From the NCBI RefSeq assembly GCF_009914755.1, contig NC_060925.1: DNA of 64,000 nucleotides; one strand, 5' to 3'. Below, piece by piece: positions 1 to 16,846 of this stretch. A model generated the notes under the pieces. It worked only from the letters and a program-made list of their open reading frames with translations, did not search any database and had not been told where the DNA came from. The DNA comes from the human T2T-CHM13v2.0 reference genome, Homo sapiens. Within the stretch, counting starts at the first letter, position 1. Each line of letters begins with the position of its first letter. Position numbers and translations under genes: made by a program.

Positions 1-1257
<1,257 letters not shown>

Positions 1258-2649
1258 TAAAGGGAACAACTTAGTTGTGTCTGTCCTAAGTTGCTCTGCC
1301 CATTTCACCAAAATACCTGCTATTCACAAAGTTTCGGGTCACGCCAGGGAGATAAACTCCTTTTTCGTCTCGTTAGCTAAACCATCATTCTTCTCTTTCA
1401 TTTTTCATCACCACAGCATTAAAAAGAAAAAAAATTGTTCATGGTTCTTTCGCAAGAGTCGGTTTTGGAGGCACAAATCATTTATTCCGGTACGATCCAA
1501 AGGCAGTCTCTGACCGCTCTCATAGCTGTGTGTATTTGTCCACGTTTGGTATGTATGTGATATGTAGTTTCTATCTTGCAGCAGTCTGGGTTCCGCTGCT
1601 TAGTGAAGTTAAGCGGTCACTCACTGCTGTTTGCTGCTGCAAGAAAATCCGATACATGCTATTAGAAAATTAATAAATAAATAGAATAGTAGGGATAATT
1701 TTCATTCAGTTTCATGGTCCAGCCCAGAACAGCCTGTAGTTTGGAGACAGTGAAGGTGGAAAGGTCAAAAGCACGTCTAGTCCAACTGGTACCTCCCCTC
1801 CCTAGCATATGTTATAGACTCATACCCAGGGCGGCATAAAGCACAGCCAGAGTATGTTTGCTCTGGTCAGTGTCAAGCAGTCCAATGAGTTTATCCTAGC
1901 TTACAGGCTTACAGGGCCCAAGGCCTTACCTTAAGAGCCCAACATGTTTACCTAACCTCTATTCTTAATTATTAAATGAAATAGAGTGTTAGAATTTAAT
2001 GAATCGAAAAATATGAAAAGTTACATGACTACTGATAGGTTTATGATAAATATTTGAAGGATTAAACATTTCAAATGCAATCTGAAAATTTTAAAATCTT
2101 ATGTTCTATTATTTTAATAAATACATTATCTGTAAAACATTGCTTAGATGAAATTTCTCGGCACAGACAGCGACTTCTTAGTTGACTAAATGCTGGTAAT
2201 ATTGGGGTAGCTACTTTTATTGACCACATTTTAATTTTCATCTGTGGGCCACCTTTTATTTTGCCCTTATAGGGTCTTACCCTTAAAAGTAGCTTCTTCC
2301 ATTCATTTCACATACTCTTATTTTTCTTCTTTTCCACCTTCTCTTTATTGTGTAGATTGTTAAAAAGAATGTTTGTAGTTTTATACCCACTAGATAAATT
2401 GTAAAAAAACAAAAACAAAATGCAAAACAAATAAAAAAGAAAGATCACTTTTGATAGAAGAAGATTGGAAAGTTTTTGCATTAATTTTTGTGAATTTAAT
2501 GTTGGTAAGAAATCACATATTTTCTCTTTATCTAAGTGACATTCATGTATATAGTTTTTGAAAAGTGAAAATAATTCACCATAATGATTATCAATCATTA
2601 ATATTAATGATAGCTATTCCTACTAGCATAAGACTTTGGAAATTTATTT

Positions 2650-2704
2650 ATTTCATTCATTTAGCAAATATATATATGTATATACATTTGTAAGCATATA
2701 TGTG

Positions 2705-2742
<38 letters not shown>

Positions 2743-3030
2743 GCAGCCACATTGTGCTAGGCAGTATTCTAAATAGTAGCACACTGTGCTAGGCAGTATT
2801 CTAGATGTAGGTGATACATAGACCATTAAATCATGATTTTGCCTTTCTAAGGCTCGCTGACTAGTGAGGAGGAGACATGACATAAGTGCAGTGCACAGAA
2901 ATATCTGTATAGATATAGACATGCAAATCACTGCTGGGAACATCACGGATGCAGTGGCTTATCTGCTTGGTGGCAAGGGGTGAGGGAAGAGGACTTGAGA
3001 GAGGAGGATTGAACAGAGTCCTGGAAGATC
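2650..3030 (-). mobile_element. L2 LINE 3' fragment with embedded (CA)n
   Basis: TTCATTCATTTAGCAAATAT...TGTGCTAGGCAG...GAGACA pattern of a reversed L2 3' end; (CA)n at ~2708-2738. Confidence 0.6.
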
Positions 3031-4679
3031 ACAAGACCCTAAATAGGTTGAATGTTTGTTTTCCTTTAAAAAAACAAGTGTCTTCTTGGAACTTGCATTT
3101 TAGTTTAATTTGCTAAGTATTCCCAAATTTGAAATTTGGGACTCTTAAAAGAGTCCTGTATAGGAACCACCTGGGTTTTGTTGACCTCTCCAGGTGATTT
3201 GTTTTTTAAATTGTGCAAAGTAAAATTGCAGAGCTAGTCGTTTTTATAAGGACATCACCTATTTTGTATTTGATGGTTGGATACAGCTGGTTGGTAATCA
3301 GCAAATATATTTTTGTGTAGCAGCTTCCGTATGTTTATGTCATTCACTCAGCATTGTTCAGGAAAAGAGGATCAGTAGGTTTTACCTAACTTTGTAACTG
3401 GTGGGAAAATGTAGATAGAGAAAGAGGTGAAATAACTTTCTCAAGGTCACACTGTGATTCATTCAGAGGCAGATCCAGAAATAGAAACTGAGTCAATGAA
3501 TCAAGTCTAATGTCATTATTATTTCTGTTTGGATATACAATGTTTTAAGGCCATATAGAGAGTAAAAACTGTTTATAAAAAATGTGATCAGATTTAGGGC
3601 CTTTCTTTAATTAGATTTTCCAGTTCCTGTTTTTAATAAGGTGTCCTCCTTTAATGGTTGAACATCTGGCCTTCCTTGAGCTGGATGAAGGGTGATTGTT
3701 GGCCAGAGTGAACCAGATTTTCTCTAAGCAGCTCTCATGGAAACTGTTCTTATGGTGGTCAAATGAATCCAGATTGACACAGGCCCTTGTGTCTCAGCTG
3801 TCAACTCTTCATGTCATCTGCCACTATGTTTGCTTCTTTACTCTCCTCTGCTATTTTTTTACGGGTGTCTTGGAAATTACCAGAGGCTTGGGGAACACTG
3901 GCATTGTCCTTAGGGAAATTTCTTTTTGGCCTTAATTTTGCATGTATTTGGATCAATTAATTGCCAGCTGCCTTTGAAGCAGGTGATCATTATATCTATA
4001 AGCTTCCATAAGCATCTTTTATTTTTAAACCATAGAATGAGGGTTGTCAGCATTACAGGAAGAAACAGATGTTTTTCGCTTTTTACCGCCTTCCAAATGT
4101 AGGGAGAAAATACAAGTGAAAAGGGATTTCTATGGCACATGTCTGTGTCTCTTTGGTAGATCTAAAAACATTTAGCAATGAGGGAGACCAAACTTTATCT
4201 TGTTTTAGCTATTAAGAAACTGATGATGCCTTAGGCCATTGCATTTAAGTATTTCATAATTAATGTGTTTGAAATACATCTTTTTCAGTGTTTAGTAGAA
4301 AAAATGGCGTCTGAAATTCGGGAGGTTCCTTTACATATTAAGTATAACAGAAGCTTGGTACTGGAGTTTTGCAGTTAATTAAAGTTTAGATATCCAACGT
4401 GTTAAATTTGTGATGCTAAATCGCTTTTGATAGGAATCTTTCCCAAGTCAATTATGTGCTTATCTTTTTTTTTAAACACATGGAATAAAAGTTTAATCTG
4501 TTTTAAAGGGCTTAATGTCATCTTCAGGCACATCATTGTTACATCTTATAAAAACATTAGTGATGTCCTCAACAGCTATTGAAGTGTGTGGGCTGTTGGC
4601 TTCAGTCTGTAGTTTCTGAGTTTTTGTGTCTGTGTAGTTTCTTGATTGTTTTCTTGCTGCCAGCTATTTATTGTTATAG

Positions 4680-4981
<302 letters not shown>

Positions 4982-5424
4982 ATAGCTGTCTTTAGTCTCT
5001 TTGCTCCTGTCCCTCAATTTTTTTGTAATTTGACTTTTCTGATCAATTTGCAATTGGCTTACAATTCCTGTAATTATGATATTGGTTACACTTATTGTAC
5101 TTCTAAGTGCCAGACTCTGTTGGTGCATTACATAACTATCTGTAATCCTTAACAACAGTCTTGAGGTGTAGCTGTTTATCCTCATTTTTCGAATGAAAAA
5201 ACCCAGGCTCAGACAGTAAAGTAACTTCTTGTCTAAGGGCATTAAGCTAGTAAGTGGCCCATCCAGGATATGTCCTTAGAAAACCAAATCTGTTGTTAAT
5301 ATGTATAAGATGAAACCAAGTAGATCATTGAGCTTTTGGAGGACTAGCTAATTAATAAAGTGCATAGGCTCTAGAACTTGGATTGTGCAACTCTGATTTT
5401 GGCCTTTCTAAAGGTTATCTTGAA

Positions 5425-5697
5425 TTTTTTTTTTTTTTTTTTTTGGAGACAGATTTCACTCTTGTCGCCAAGGCTGGAATGAAGTGGCGTGATCTTGGCT
5501 CACTGCAACCTCCGCCCACTGGGTTCAAGCAATTCTCCTGCCTCAGCTTCCAGAGTAGCTGGGATTATAGGCGCCCATGACCACACCCAGCTAATTTTTG
5601 TATTTTTAGTAGAGACAGGATTTCACCATGTAGGCCAGGCTGGTCTTGAGCTCCTGACCTCAGGTGTTCTATCTGCCTTGGCCTCCCCAAGTGCTAG
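5425..5697 (-). mobile_element. Alu (AluS-like, 5' truncated)
   Basis: Alu consensus match with poly-T tail. Confidence 0.9.
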
Positions 5698-8600
5698 GAG
5701 GCCTATCTTGATTTTTATATCAGTAGAGGGAAGAACCCACTCTAGGAGTACACATTTTCTCATACGGCTTGGTAAATTGCTACATTGGATTTTTTTAAGG
5801 CCAGGAGTAGTTTGATTTCCAGCAGAGCCCCTGACAGAGTATAGATGTCCAGTTAATGTCTGACGAATGAAGGTCAGAATCTGCCTGATACGTATAAAAT
5901 GTCTTATTATAAAAGGAAAGGGGTTTATATGAATGCTATGCTTTCCCCTAAATACTGCCTTACTGGGTTCCATATATCAGAGAAGAATTTGGCGATGTAA
6001 GCGGGGACCAGAACACTGATCTTCAATCATTTTAGATGGGTCTGAAACATCCTTTCTCATGGTTTCTTTAGGCCTGTGGTTTGGATTGAAGTCAAGTGCA
6101 CCAGTAGCTTCAGGGATGGGTTTTAATGACTGCTTTATGAGTTGAGGATGGGCCTAGTTTTAAGAGCTTTAGGCGTTTGGATATAAGCCATGCGTATTTG
6201 AAATGGAGCAGGTACTTTTAGTGCTTTTCCTTCTGATTCTTCTGAAAAGATACAGAAAATATACAGTTGGATGAAGGTAGCAGTAGTTATTCTAACTACG
6301 TTTATTCTAGGTATATTTGCAATCCTAGTTTTGCTGTTTAGCTAAGTGAGTCTCCAGTAATTTTTCCTCATATCTATGAAGGTAGAAGAATAATTTCAAA
6401 TTAATACTATTAAGATGAAATGAAATAGCATACATAAAGCCCCTACAATTCTGCCTGGTACATGAGAGGCACTTAACTGGGGCTATTTGCTCTCCTGACT
6501 GGATTTATTATCTTAAAAAAAAAGTCATTGTTCAAAGTGATCAGAGCCAAATTTGTTAAAACAACCCTGAAATTGTATACAAAACTTAGCAGGATATGAA
6601 CTGACCAGATACTAGTTGAGCCCCAGTTTTGTTTTGTTTTGTTTTTTTTTGCAAATTGTTTATGTATTATTTTTTCTTTTTTTTTTCTGGAATTGTAAGC
6701 ATTTTGTCACTTATCAGATATTCTGTGGCGGGGGGTTGGATAAGAAAAGCATATGATGGGGTGTGGCTGTAAGATTTGGGGGAGGGTGCTGCTTTCCAAA
6801 GAAGGGGTGGGAAGAGGAGGCGGTAGCTGACACCCTCAGTGTTTCTGCTCTGCACAGCATCTGGCTGCAAACCCCTGACTTTGCAGCTTTACCTTCCCAC
6901 GGTCTCCTTCATAAATGCTCTACTTTACACTGTTTTATGAACATGCATTTCATTTTCCCGACTTTGTGCCTTTGTCTTGCAGCTTTACCCTCTTGGAATA
7001 CATGATTCGTCTCTTTTGCTTTAGCATTTGAAAAGTGCTGATTGAATTCCGTTTCCTCTTTGTATCTTTTCCAGCCAGACCTTACTGGCTGTCATCTCAC
7101 TTTCTCTGTACTTTACTGTCTAGATCATATTATATATGCTTCTTGGATTTAGGGATTCTTCTGGTCTTCTTTCTTGCCACCCTCTGCCTTTCCTTCCTCC
7201 TTGCCTGTTCACCCGATTCCATCCATCCATCATCTCCTCTCCTACTAATCTGTCCACAGATATCTCTTCCGTGCCTTGCTCTGTGCCTGTCAATATGTGT
7301 AAAGCACCGACTGTACTGAGGTCTTGATGAATACTTGCTCATTCACCATTTTTGGCAGTGATATAGACAAGTTGAGTATCCAGGCTTCCTACTGGCAATT
7401 AAAACTAGTTGAATTGAAGCTGGAAAATTGCTAACCTTTCTGGGCAGTCAAAATTAATTATTTTCAATGAGGTGTGATTGAATCAATGATACTTTATAGA
7501 ACTTATGTTGATAGAAGAATAGCTATTCTTGTTTCTGCAGGTTAATGTTAAAATAGTAATGACATTACAGCAACTGAGCTTCCAAATATAAATGTTATTG
7601 TAATGAAAGAAGAGGTAAAGGGAATAGAGAAAATTGTATTCCTCTGTTCATTCCTGTTTTGTATTCTAAGTACTAACCTAATGCTAATAAAAGTTAGCAT
7701 TAAGGAACCATTAGGAAGAAACAAAAATGTACTGCCTGTGACTTGATAGTTATTAGATATCATTTTAGTGACAGTAGAAACTTTCTAAGGCTTTTTTATC
7801 TTAAAATATATGGAAAATATGACCTCAGTCAGTTCGGAATGGTAGTAAAGCAAGGTAGTCATAACATCAAAATTCTAAGAATGAGTAACAATTATTTCTG
7901 GATGCTATAATAAGATGCTAACCACACTAGAGATTTATTATCCTTTTGATACCTACTGCTCCACTATGGGTGAGAAGGAGGGAAGAATTTATGTCTTCTT
8001 CCTTTGTAAAGATGTACTTGGAAGTGTTGATTGGATAGGAAAATTACTGCCTCTATTCTGTGATCCAGTCAGGCTCCAACCTACCAGGAACCCACTGGAA
8101 GCTTTATTATCTGTTACCCTAGAGCTGCAATGGACTGAAAACAGTCCTATTGTTTTCAGGAGGAATGGAATACTTTCTTGAGAAAATCAAGCCTATATTA
8201 TGTTTCAAAATTATGCTTAAAAAGGCTTAGGCACTACTCAGTTGAGTCTTTTTTTGTACTTCATGCAGAAGGGTTCTTTGTTGTAGTACCTGGTGATAGA
8301 GTGGACACATACAGGAAGAAATTCTGTGTCATTTAAATGGTTGTTTTAGGTACGCAGGAGGGGAAAGAATGTGTTTCAGTAAGCTAGTGTCAGCACTATG
8401 GGAAGAGTGCAGGCTGAGAACAATCTATTTCCCTTTTCCGTTTTACCACCAGCTTCCTATTAGGGCACAAGGCAATCATTTCTTGCCTCTTGTTAATACC
8501 CTGGCTTCCCAGATTGGAAGAGTGAATGCAATCTTGCTGGGAAGCGTCTTCCTTCAAGTCAATTTCAGCACTGTGGTTCTATAGATATGGTGATTCCAGC

Positions 8601-8817
8601 AGGTACCTTTTCTCCCTAATAGGGATGCTCTGTGTATTTAGAGCTTTCCTTTATTGGTAGAGCTGAAGAAAATTCCTATGCCGGAAGACCCGTTTATACC
8701 ACGGAGTAATTGATGGTGAGAGTGGTGATGTTTTGACTTTGATAGTTTTGATCAATTTTTGATTCATGCTGAAGGAGATTTGCATTGGTTAGACTGTCAT
8801 TATCTGACAATAGGACC

Positions 8818-8876
8818 GTGTGTGTGTGTGTGTATGTGTGTGTGTGCCTGTGTGTCTGTGTTGTGTGTGTGTGTGT
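8818..8876 (+). repeat. Imperfect (TG)n microsatellite replacing an Alu tail
   Basis: ~59 bp of TG repeats abutting TTTGAGACAG. Confidence 0.9.
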
Positions 8877-9095
8877 TTGAGACAGGGTCATGCTCTGCCA
8901 CCCAAGCGGGAGCGCAGTGGTGTGCTCATGGCTCACTGCAGCCTCAAACTCCTGGTCCCAAGCAATCCTCCCACCTCAGCACCTCAGCTTCCAGAATAGC
9001 TGGGACCACAGGCGTGAGCCACTATGCCTGGCTAATTTTTTTTTTTTTTTTTTGGAGAGACAGGGTCTCACTATGTTACCCAGGCTGGTCTCGAT
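8876..9095 (-). mobile_element. Alu (AluJ-like, partial)
   Basis: GCTCACTGCAGCCTC...AAGCAATCCTCCCACCTCAGC right arm plus part of left arm. Confidence 0.85.
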
Positions 9096-10182
9096 AGGGC
9101 CTTGTGTTTTTGAACACTGATATAATGATTATGTATGATGGTTGATCGTGTGTTATGAAAATGTATGAAATGGAAAGCTATGTTATATAATGTATGGCTC
9201 GAAGATTTAGAATATATGAAGGCTTTCTAATATTGGCACAAAATATACTGAGTCATTACTTTTAGTTTCATTATCTGCAATGTAAGTCATCTCTTGTTCT
9301 TGGATGGATTGTAGGCTTTGAATTTTTCATTATAGTTTAAACTGCTCAATAAAAGCAGTACTATTAATTCTCTTACTTCAATATACTTTAATATATTGGT
9401 TTTTGTTATGTTTTCAGTTTTTCCTACTATTGAATATGCTTACTGAAATACTTTTTATGAGTCTGTGGTATTCCATTTAGAAGTGTGCATTGATATTAAA
9501 AATTTCTTAGAAACTAGAAGGTTAAAAGGTGTTGAGAGGTCCTAGGTTTTTTACTTTAAAAAGAAAAAAGTTCCATTGGCCTTAAACAAGTACAGCTTGT
9601 TTGAGCCCATTAAGGACTAGAATAGAACTATTTCAGGATCCCAAATAAATGCATTTGAATACTCTGTGGAGAGTTTTGTAAGGATGCTCTTCATTATTGA
9701 GATACAAGGTTTATCTTTTAAAAGTATAATAAAAGAAATGAGGTAACAATAGGGATAATCTTTGAAACTCATTTTTTAACCTATATACTTGTAGATAATT
9801 GGCTTCTTTTTCTTATAGACCAATACTTGCCTGTTTGGAGAGGGTAAGTTATGTGAGCTCTCTGTGGGAAGTGTTACATTTTGCAGCTAACCAAAATGTT
9901 CTTCTATAAGCCAATTATATCTTCTGTCCTTTTGGTGCTATTTTGGTTAAATGGCTTTGGGGATATAAAATGTGTGGATGGTATCCTTGCAGTTTCTTTC
10001 AGGGTATAGGGATTGATCTGTCTCTGTTCAATTTTTAGAAAAATCCAGAAGTATGTTGACTCTGTTGGATTCAATATTTTGGGGATAGGCAGAGAGGGTT
10101 GTATAAGAACTGCAGTGATTTAAGTGGAGAAAGTGGAGAGACATTTGACTGGGCTGACAACGTGATATCAGTAAAAAGGTGA

Positions 10183-10491
<309 letters not shown>

Positions 10492-11163
10492 AATGCCTTT
10501 AATAACTTGGATTATTTCTCTAAGGAGACTCATTTGACTCTAAATTCACAGATCATTTTCATATCATCTGCTTTTGGATAATAAAAGCTAGGCATGTGGC
10601 TTTAGCTTTAGCTTGAGGCTAAGCCCTTAAGGTTGAGCCCCTGATTTCCTTTTGTATGTGTGCTTTTGTCTTTGTCAGTTACCAATAGACTGCTAGAGTT
10701 GTGTCTGCAGTTTCTGTGTTTCTCTGGACCTCAGACATATCTCACTTAGACATCACAAGCCTAGGATATTCACCGTGTCTAAAACTATACTTACTATTTT
10801 ACCCACCCTCTTAACACCCTCCTTCTGGGTTTCCCAAACAAGGCATTGCCGTCTAGCTTTGCCATATTCTTGGATTCCTCCATCCTTCTCATACTTCACA
10901 CCCAGTTAATCTTTCCATTTTCTCTTTTCTTTTCCTAAGTATCTCTTTAAAATGTCTTCCAATTTCTGTTTCCATTATCTCTACCCTTCCTAGTTTAAAT
11001 CCCTATCAACAGCCTCCTCAACATTCTTTTGTCCACAACCTGCGTTTCTCCACTCCATTCTGCATGAAGCAAGAGAGTAAATGACTTAACATACAAACTT
11101 GAATGGGTTCCGGTATAGAAACATGTCATTGGTCCCCTATCACCCTGAGGCTATTGAGTTTAA

Positions 11164-11503
<340 letters not shown>

Positions 11504-12426
11504 GACATTATGTTATATAGCATATATAAGCTATATATTATATATAATAGACATTATATATATTTTAATATGTATTAATATTTAATCTCTGTAGTTTTGT
11601 CACCTCATTGTTCAGGATCTACTATTCCTCACCTCGTCCTAAGTGCTTCAGTCATTTTTCAGATAGCTCATGCTCTCTCTGGTAATTTTAGGTATTATTA
11701 ACACTTTTTCTTCCTGGTCCTCAGAGAAAAAAAGAATCCATGTAGTTGTATTCATGAGAATCCAGTCTGTGACACACTCGCATCATCAGTCCAGGCAAAA
11801 CTCGTTTTGTCCTTATCATACTCCCTGCATTTTCACTTCCCATTCCGAAGCCTCTAGTAGACATACAGAACTGCTTTTATCTATTGCTCTCTTTGAATTA
11901 GTCTGCATTTTTCTAAAGTATATAGTATTTCTGTTTATGTTTGGTTTATACAAATACTCTGAGTTGCAGACCTCATTCTGTTTCTTAAAAAGAACAAAAC
12001 AAAACTCAACCACCTTTGGAAAAAAATCTACGAACTTTTCTGGGTGAATTTCCACCTTGTTTTTTGCTTCCCACTGTTATATACTATTCCTAAGAATGAA
12101 AGTCCTGCTGGGTTGTTCAACACCAGGGTCACCATTCACCTTTTATTGTGTGTGAGTAATGTTCCCCTAGAGCTGTTCAATGTGGTGTCTCTGGGCACAT
12201 TCCCTAGATTTTATTTAAACATGAGCATGGTGATAAACATCTAGATTCCTGTACTTCTCGGCCACCAGAGAAAACAGTCTGATGAATATTTCCATACAGG
12301 GAGCTATGGGAGAACTTCTCTGGGATATACATTTGGAAGTGGAATTGTCAGGTCATTAAATAAAAGGTTTTATTTGAGTAGGTACTGTCAGATTAGTTTC
12401 CAGAATGCTTTCCTAGTTTATGCTTC

Positions 12427-12733
12427 TTTTTTTTTTTTTTTTTTTTTTTTTGAGACCGAGTCTCACTCTGTCGCCCAGGCTGGAGTGCCGTGGCGTGATC
12501 TCGGCTGACTACAGCCTCAACCTCCTGGGTTCAAGTGATCCTCCTACCTCAGCCTCCTGAGTAGCTGGGATTACAGGCGCCCACCACCATGCCCGGCTAA
12601 TTTTTGTATCTTTGGTAGAGATTGGGTTTCACCATATTGGCCAGGCTGGTCTTGAACTCCTGGCCTCAAGTGATCCACTCACCTCGGCCTCCCAGAGTGT
12701 GGGAGTTACAGGTGTGAGCCACTGCACCCGGCC
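12427..12733 (-). mobile_element. Alu
   Basis: Full dimer with poly-T tail, within old L1-like AT-rich sequence. Confidence 0.92.
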
Positions 12734-14007
12734 TCCATATAAATTTAGAATAAAATTAGAATAGGTTGTTGAGTTTCTTAAAAAATCCTGAAGTTGTTTG
12801 ATTGAGATTTTAGTCAATTCATAGATTAAATTGAGGACTGTTTCCACTTTTGTAATATCATTTTATCTGAGAATGTGAAAGATCTCTTCATTTATTCAGA
12901 TCATCTTTTATTCATTTTAATAGAGTTTAGACTTTTCTCCATAAAGAGTTTGTGTTTCCTTTGCTGAACTATTTCCTGATGCTTCATATATTTTATTACT
13001 AATGGGAATGGGATCTTACTTTAGTTTTATTTCTAGTTGATTATTGTTAAGGTAAAGAAATGTTTTCAGTATCTATCAGGTATAAATACTGTATGATTTC
13101 CTTTATGAACGTTATTTAAATGTAAAGTTTATTTAGTAAAATCTATAGCTTACAGTTATATGAGATTTTAAAGGTAGTGCTTTTTTTTACAGCAAATAAT
13201 TGAAATATAATCATAGAACAGTATACATTGTGTAGATTCTTTTGGAATTATTGTGGCTTTCCTTTTAGCATTAAATATGGTAAGTTTTTGTGGATTTCCA
13301 TACACTTTTTGGGGAGCCATATTCCTAAAACCCAGAAACATTATTAATGTTTTAATTTAGTACGTTGTGTCTTACATTGAACATTAATAAAAATCTCACT
13401 AATTATTTAAAATACTTCAAAAGCATAATTTAAACAACTCTATAGTATTTTATCCAATCAGAACACCATTCATCCCCGAGTATCCATTGCATACTTTTTC
13501 TTAGATTGCCTTCTGCCTTTTGGGATGCCTTTTAGACACCTTCATATGAACTTCTTCCACCTATAACTCTTCCTAATTAAATGATGCTTTCTCCCCAGGC
13601 TTCATATGTAGTCTGTGTTAACATCCACCCTGAGTAGTCTATGAAACATCCAACATTTCCCTGCATGTTGATAAATCATATTTCTAGCTCAGATCTCTCT
13701 TGTGAATTTCAGGTGCCAATTTCATATTGTCTTTTAAACATCTTTATATAGATACGGGAATAGTTTCAAACTGAACTCATCTTTTCTCCAAACCCAACCT
13801 GCTCCCTTATGTATTATTGGATTCCTGGTAGATAATACCATCTAACAAAGCTCTTTACCCAGTTTCTTAAGCCAGAAATTTGGAAGTGCAAGTTAGCCAA
13901 GCTATGCCACTCTTCCTCCTCCTTATATTTAATTAGTCTCTACATCCTGTTAAAATATACCTCCAAAAATATGTTTTTAAATACTCATCCCCTCCTTTCC
14001 AGGAGGA

Positions 14008-14308
14008 TTTTTTTTTCTTTTTTTTTGAGACAGAGTTTTTGCTCTTGTTGCTAGGCTGGAGTGCAATGGCGCGATCTTGCTCACTGCAACCTCCGCCTCC
14101 TGGGTTCAAGCAATTCTCCTGCCTCAGCCTTCCAAGTAGCTAGGATTTCAGGCGCCCACCACCACGCCCAGCTAATTTTTGTGTTTTTAGTAGAGACGAG
14201 GTTTCACCATGTTGGCCAGGCTGGTCTCTAACTCCTGACCTAAGGTGATCTGCCCGCCTCAGCCTCCCAAAGTGCCGGTTTTACAGGCATGAGCCACCAT
14301 GCCCGGCC
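14008..14308 (-). mobile_element. Alu (AluS-like)
   Basis: Full dimer; TSD TTTCCAGGAGGATTTTT on both sides. Confidence 0.94.
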
Positions 14309-15179
14309 TTTTCCAGGAGGATTTTTAATGCCACTCTCCAAATTTTCCAGTAGCTTTCCATTGACTGTAGGAACACAATTGAAACCTCAGATTTATATTC
14401 AAGCAGAAGACTGAATGTGTTCAGGATGAAGGAGCTAGATGTGATAGCAGTTTGTATGATTCAAGTCAGCATAAGGGAAGCCATCCCTTACAGAATGTCC
14501 AGTGTTGGCATGCGTGGTCTTGAGAAGAGCAATTTCATCATCACTGGAGATGTTAAAATAGAGACTGAGTGAAGATCAAATGGGGTGGTCGTAGCCCTGG
14601 AGAGGCTGAATTTGACCACTGATATTCTTTCCAGCTCGGAGAGTCAATGATGTATGACTTGAAAAGTAAGAGCAGCAGCTGTGGTCTGTGTGACTCATTC
14701 CTTTTATTTGAGACTGCTTTAAATATTTATTTAAAACTCTTCAACCAAGTGATTTTAGAAGCTGCCATTTATTAGAGTCACTTTTATGGATTTAACTTAA
14801 TAGATACAACAATTAAATTAAAAAAACATTTTTCTTTTGTCTTTCTATAGTTTTTCCCTTTTAATCTTGATTTATTTCATGACCTTTTAAAAAAATACCA
14901 GGAAATTCATAACCTGTCATAGGTCCTGAAAAGTGGTTGGTAGTTATCATCATATGTGTTCTATGATATTCTTTTTTCAACTTCATTAGATTTATTAGAT
15001 TAAATTTCTCTATTTATTTTTGTCATTTTCAGCCTTTGGTAAATTGAAGTTGGATAGTGTCTTTTTCTCTCTTCCCCAGGAAAAAAAATCCCTTGATGCT
15101 AGTCAAATTGAACTTTATATAAATTTTAATAGACATGTAGTACCGAGAACTCTCTATAACAAAGTCACTTTTTGAATAC

Positions 15180-15415
15180 TCTCAGTATGATGTTTTTGCT
15201 ATAATTGATGTGGAACACATCTTTTAATACCCTTCTCAATATCCCTAGTGTCAAGTAACATAAATGCATCAAACGTGCACCTCAGTTCACCACAGAGAAC
15301 AGTCAACTTCTTCAAAACAATTATGAAGACACATTGTAGGCACTTGTTCTTGAAGACTAAGAGGATCTTCCTGTAAGAGTGTCTAAATCAAAGGTGTACC
15401 TGGATTCAGTGAATT
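15180..15415 (+). repeat. Inverted repeat, left arm (putative donor copy)
   Basis: Reverse complement of 16847-17082; ~26 mismatches in 236 bp, no gaps (hand alignment). Confidence 0.93.
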
Positions 15416-16077
15416 ATGATTCCTCCAGGGGTAGTAGAGTTTCACTCTGCTTTATGTTGGTCCAAATCCCTTTATTAGCCATGGTCATCTTTGCAGATGA
15501 GGGCAGGGAGTTCATCATCCTTGTGTGTTTTGTGACTTGTTTTCCTTAATGGTTTGTCTAGCTATTGGATTTCACGTTTGTTTTCTTTCTTTGAGACAAC
15601 CCTAGATATTTATCCTTGTAGCAGTCTTCTTTTTACTATAAAACCTGCAGCATTTTGGACCTAAAACTAGACATGGTAATTTCTATTTGATCATAAATGG
15701 CCCTCCTTATTTTTTTTCTTATTTGGCAAGTATAAGCCGTTAGTATGTGAGATACAGAATATGTGATATCTCTGTATTCAGTGACATCATAAACTTAAGC
15801 AATTATCATTAATGTCTTATAATAGATTTGCTTGTCAACATCCTTATTTCCTCCTAATATTTCAATTGATAGATAACATGGGATATCAGGGAAGTTTATT
15901 AGATAGTTATGTCTGAGCTATAAGGTCAGAGAAAAATTTAACGTGACAAGACATCTGTTTTAATTCTCATTTTGCATAAGATATAGTGGCCTGGAAGAAA
16001 CAGAAACCTGTGTTGACACCTTTTAAAATACAGCAACTGTCTTGTTCATCCTTCTACCATTAAAAAATGCACAGAAG

Positions 16078-16491
<414 letters not shown>

Positions 16492-16846
16492 TCAGTACAA
16501 AACTTACACTTAGCCCTCTCATGTATATAACCTTAGACATATGACTCAAGTATTTGGGCCTTGATTTCTTTACAGTGGAATTAGTGGTTTGAACGAAATG
16601 ATCTCTAAGATTTCTTCTGGCTCTAACATACTGAAGATGAACATACTGAAGTGGATTGTCACTGAGTCACTTGATCGTCCTCATGACAATGATTAGTCTT
16701 TGGAATGAGTAAAACCAGAAAGGTTACATGCACCATCAAGGGTATTGGGAGAAGAGCATCTCCTACTGTCTGTCATCAAAGCTTCTATTCCTGTTTGGAC
16801 ACTTTCTTGTCTCAGTAAAATGGGAGACTCTCCCTGCTCTATGTTG

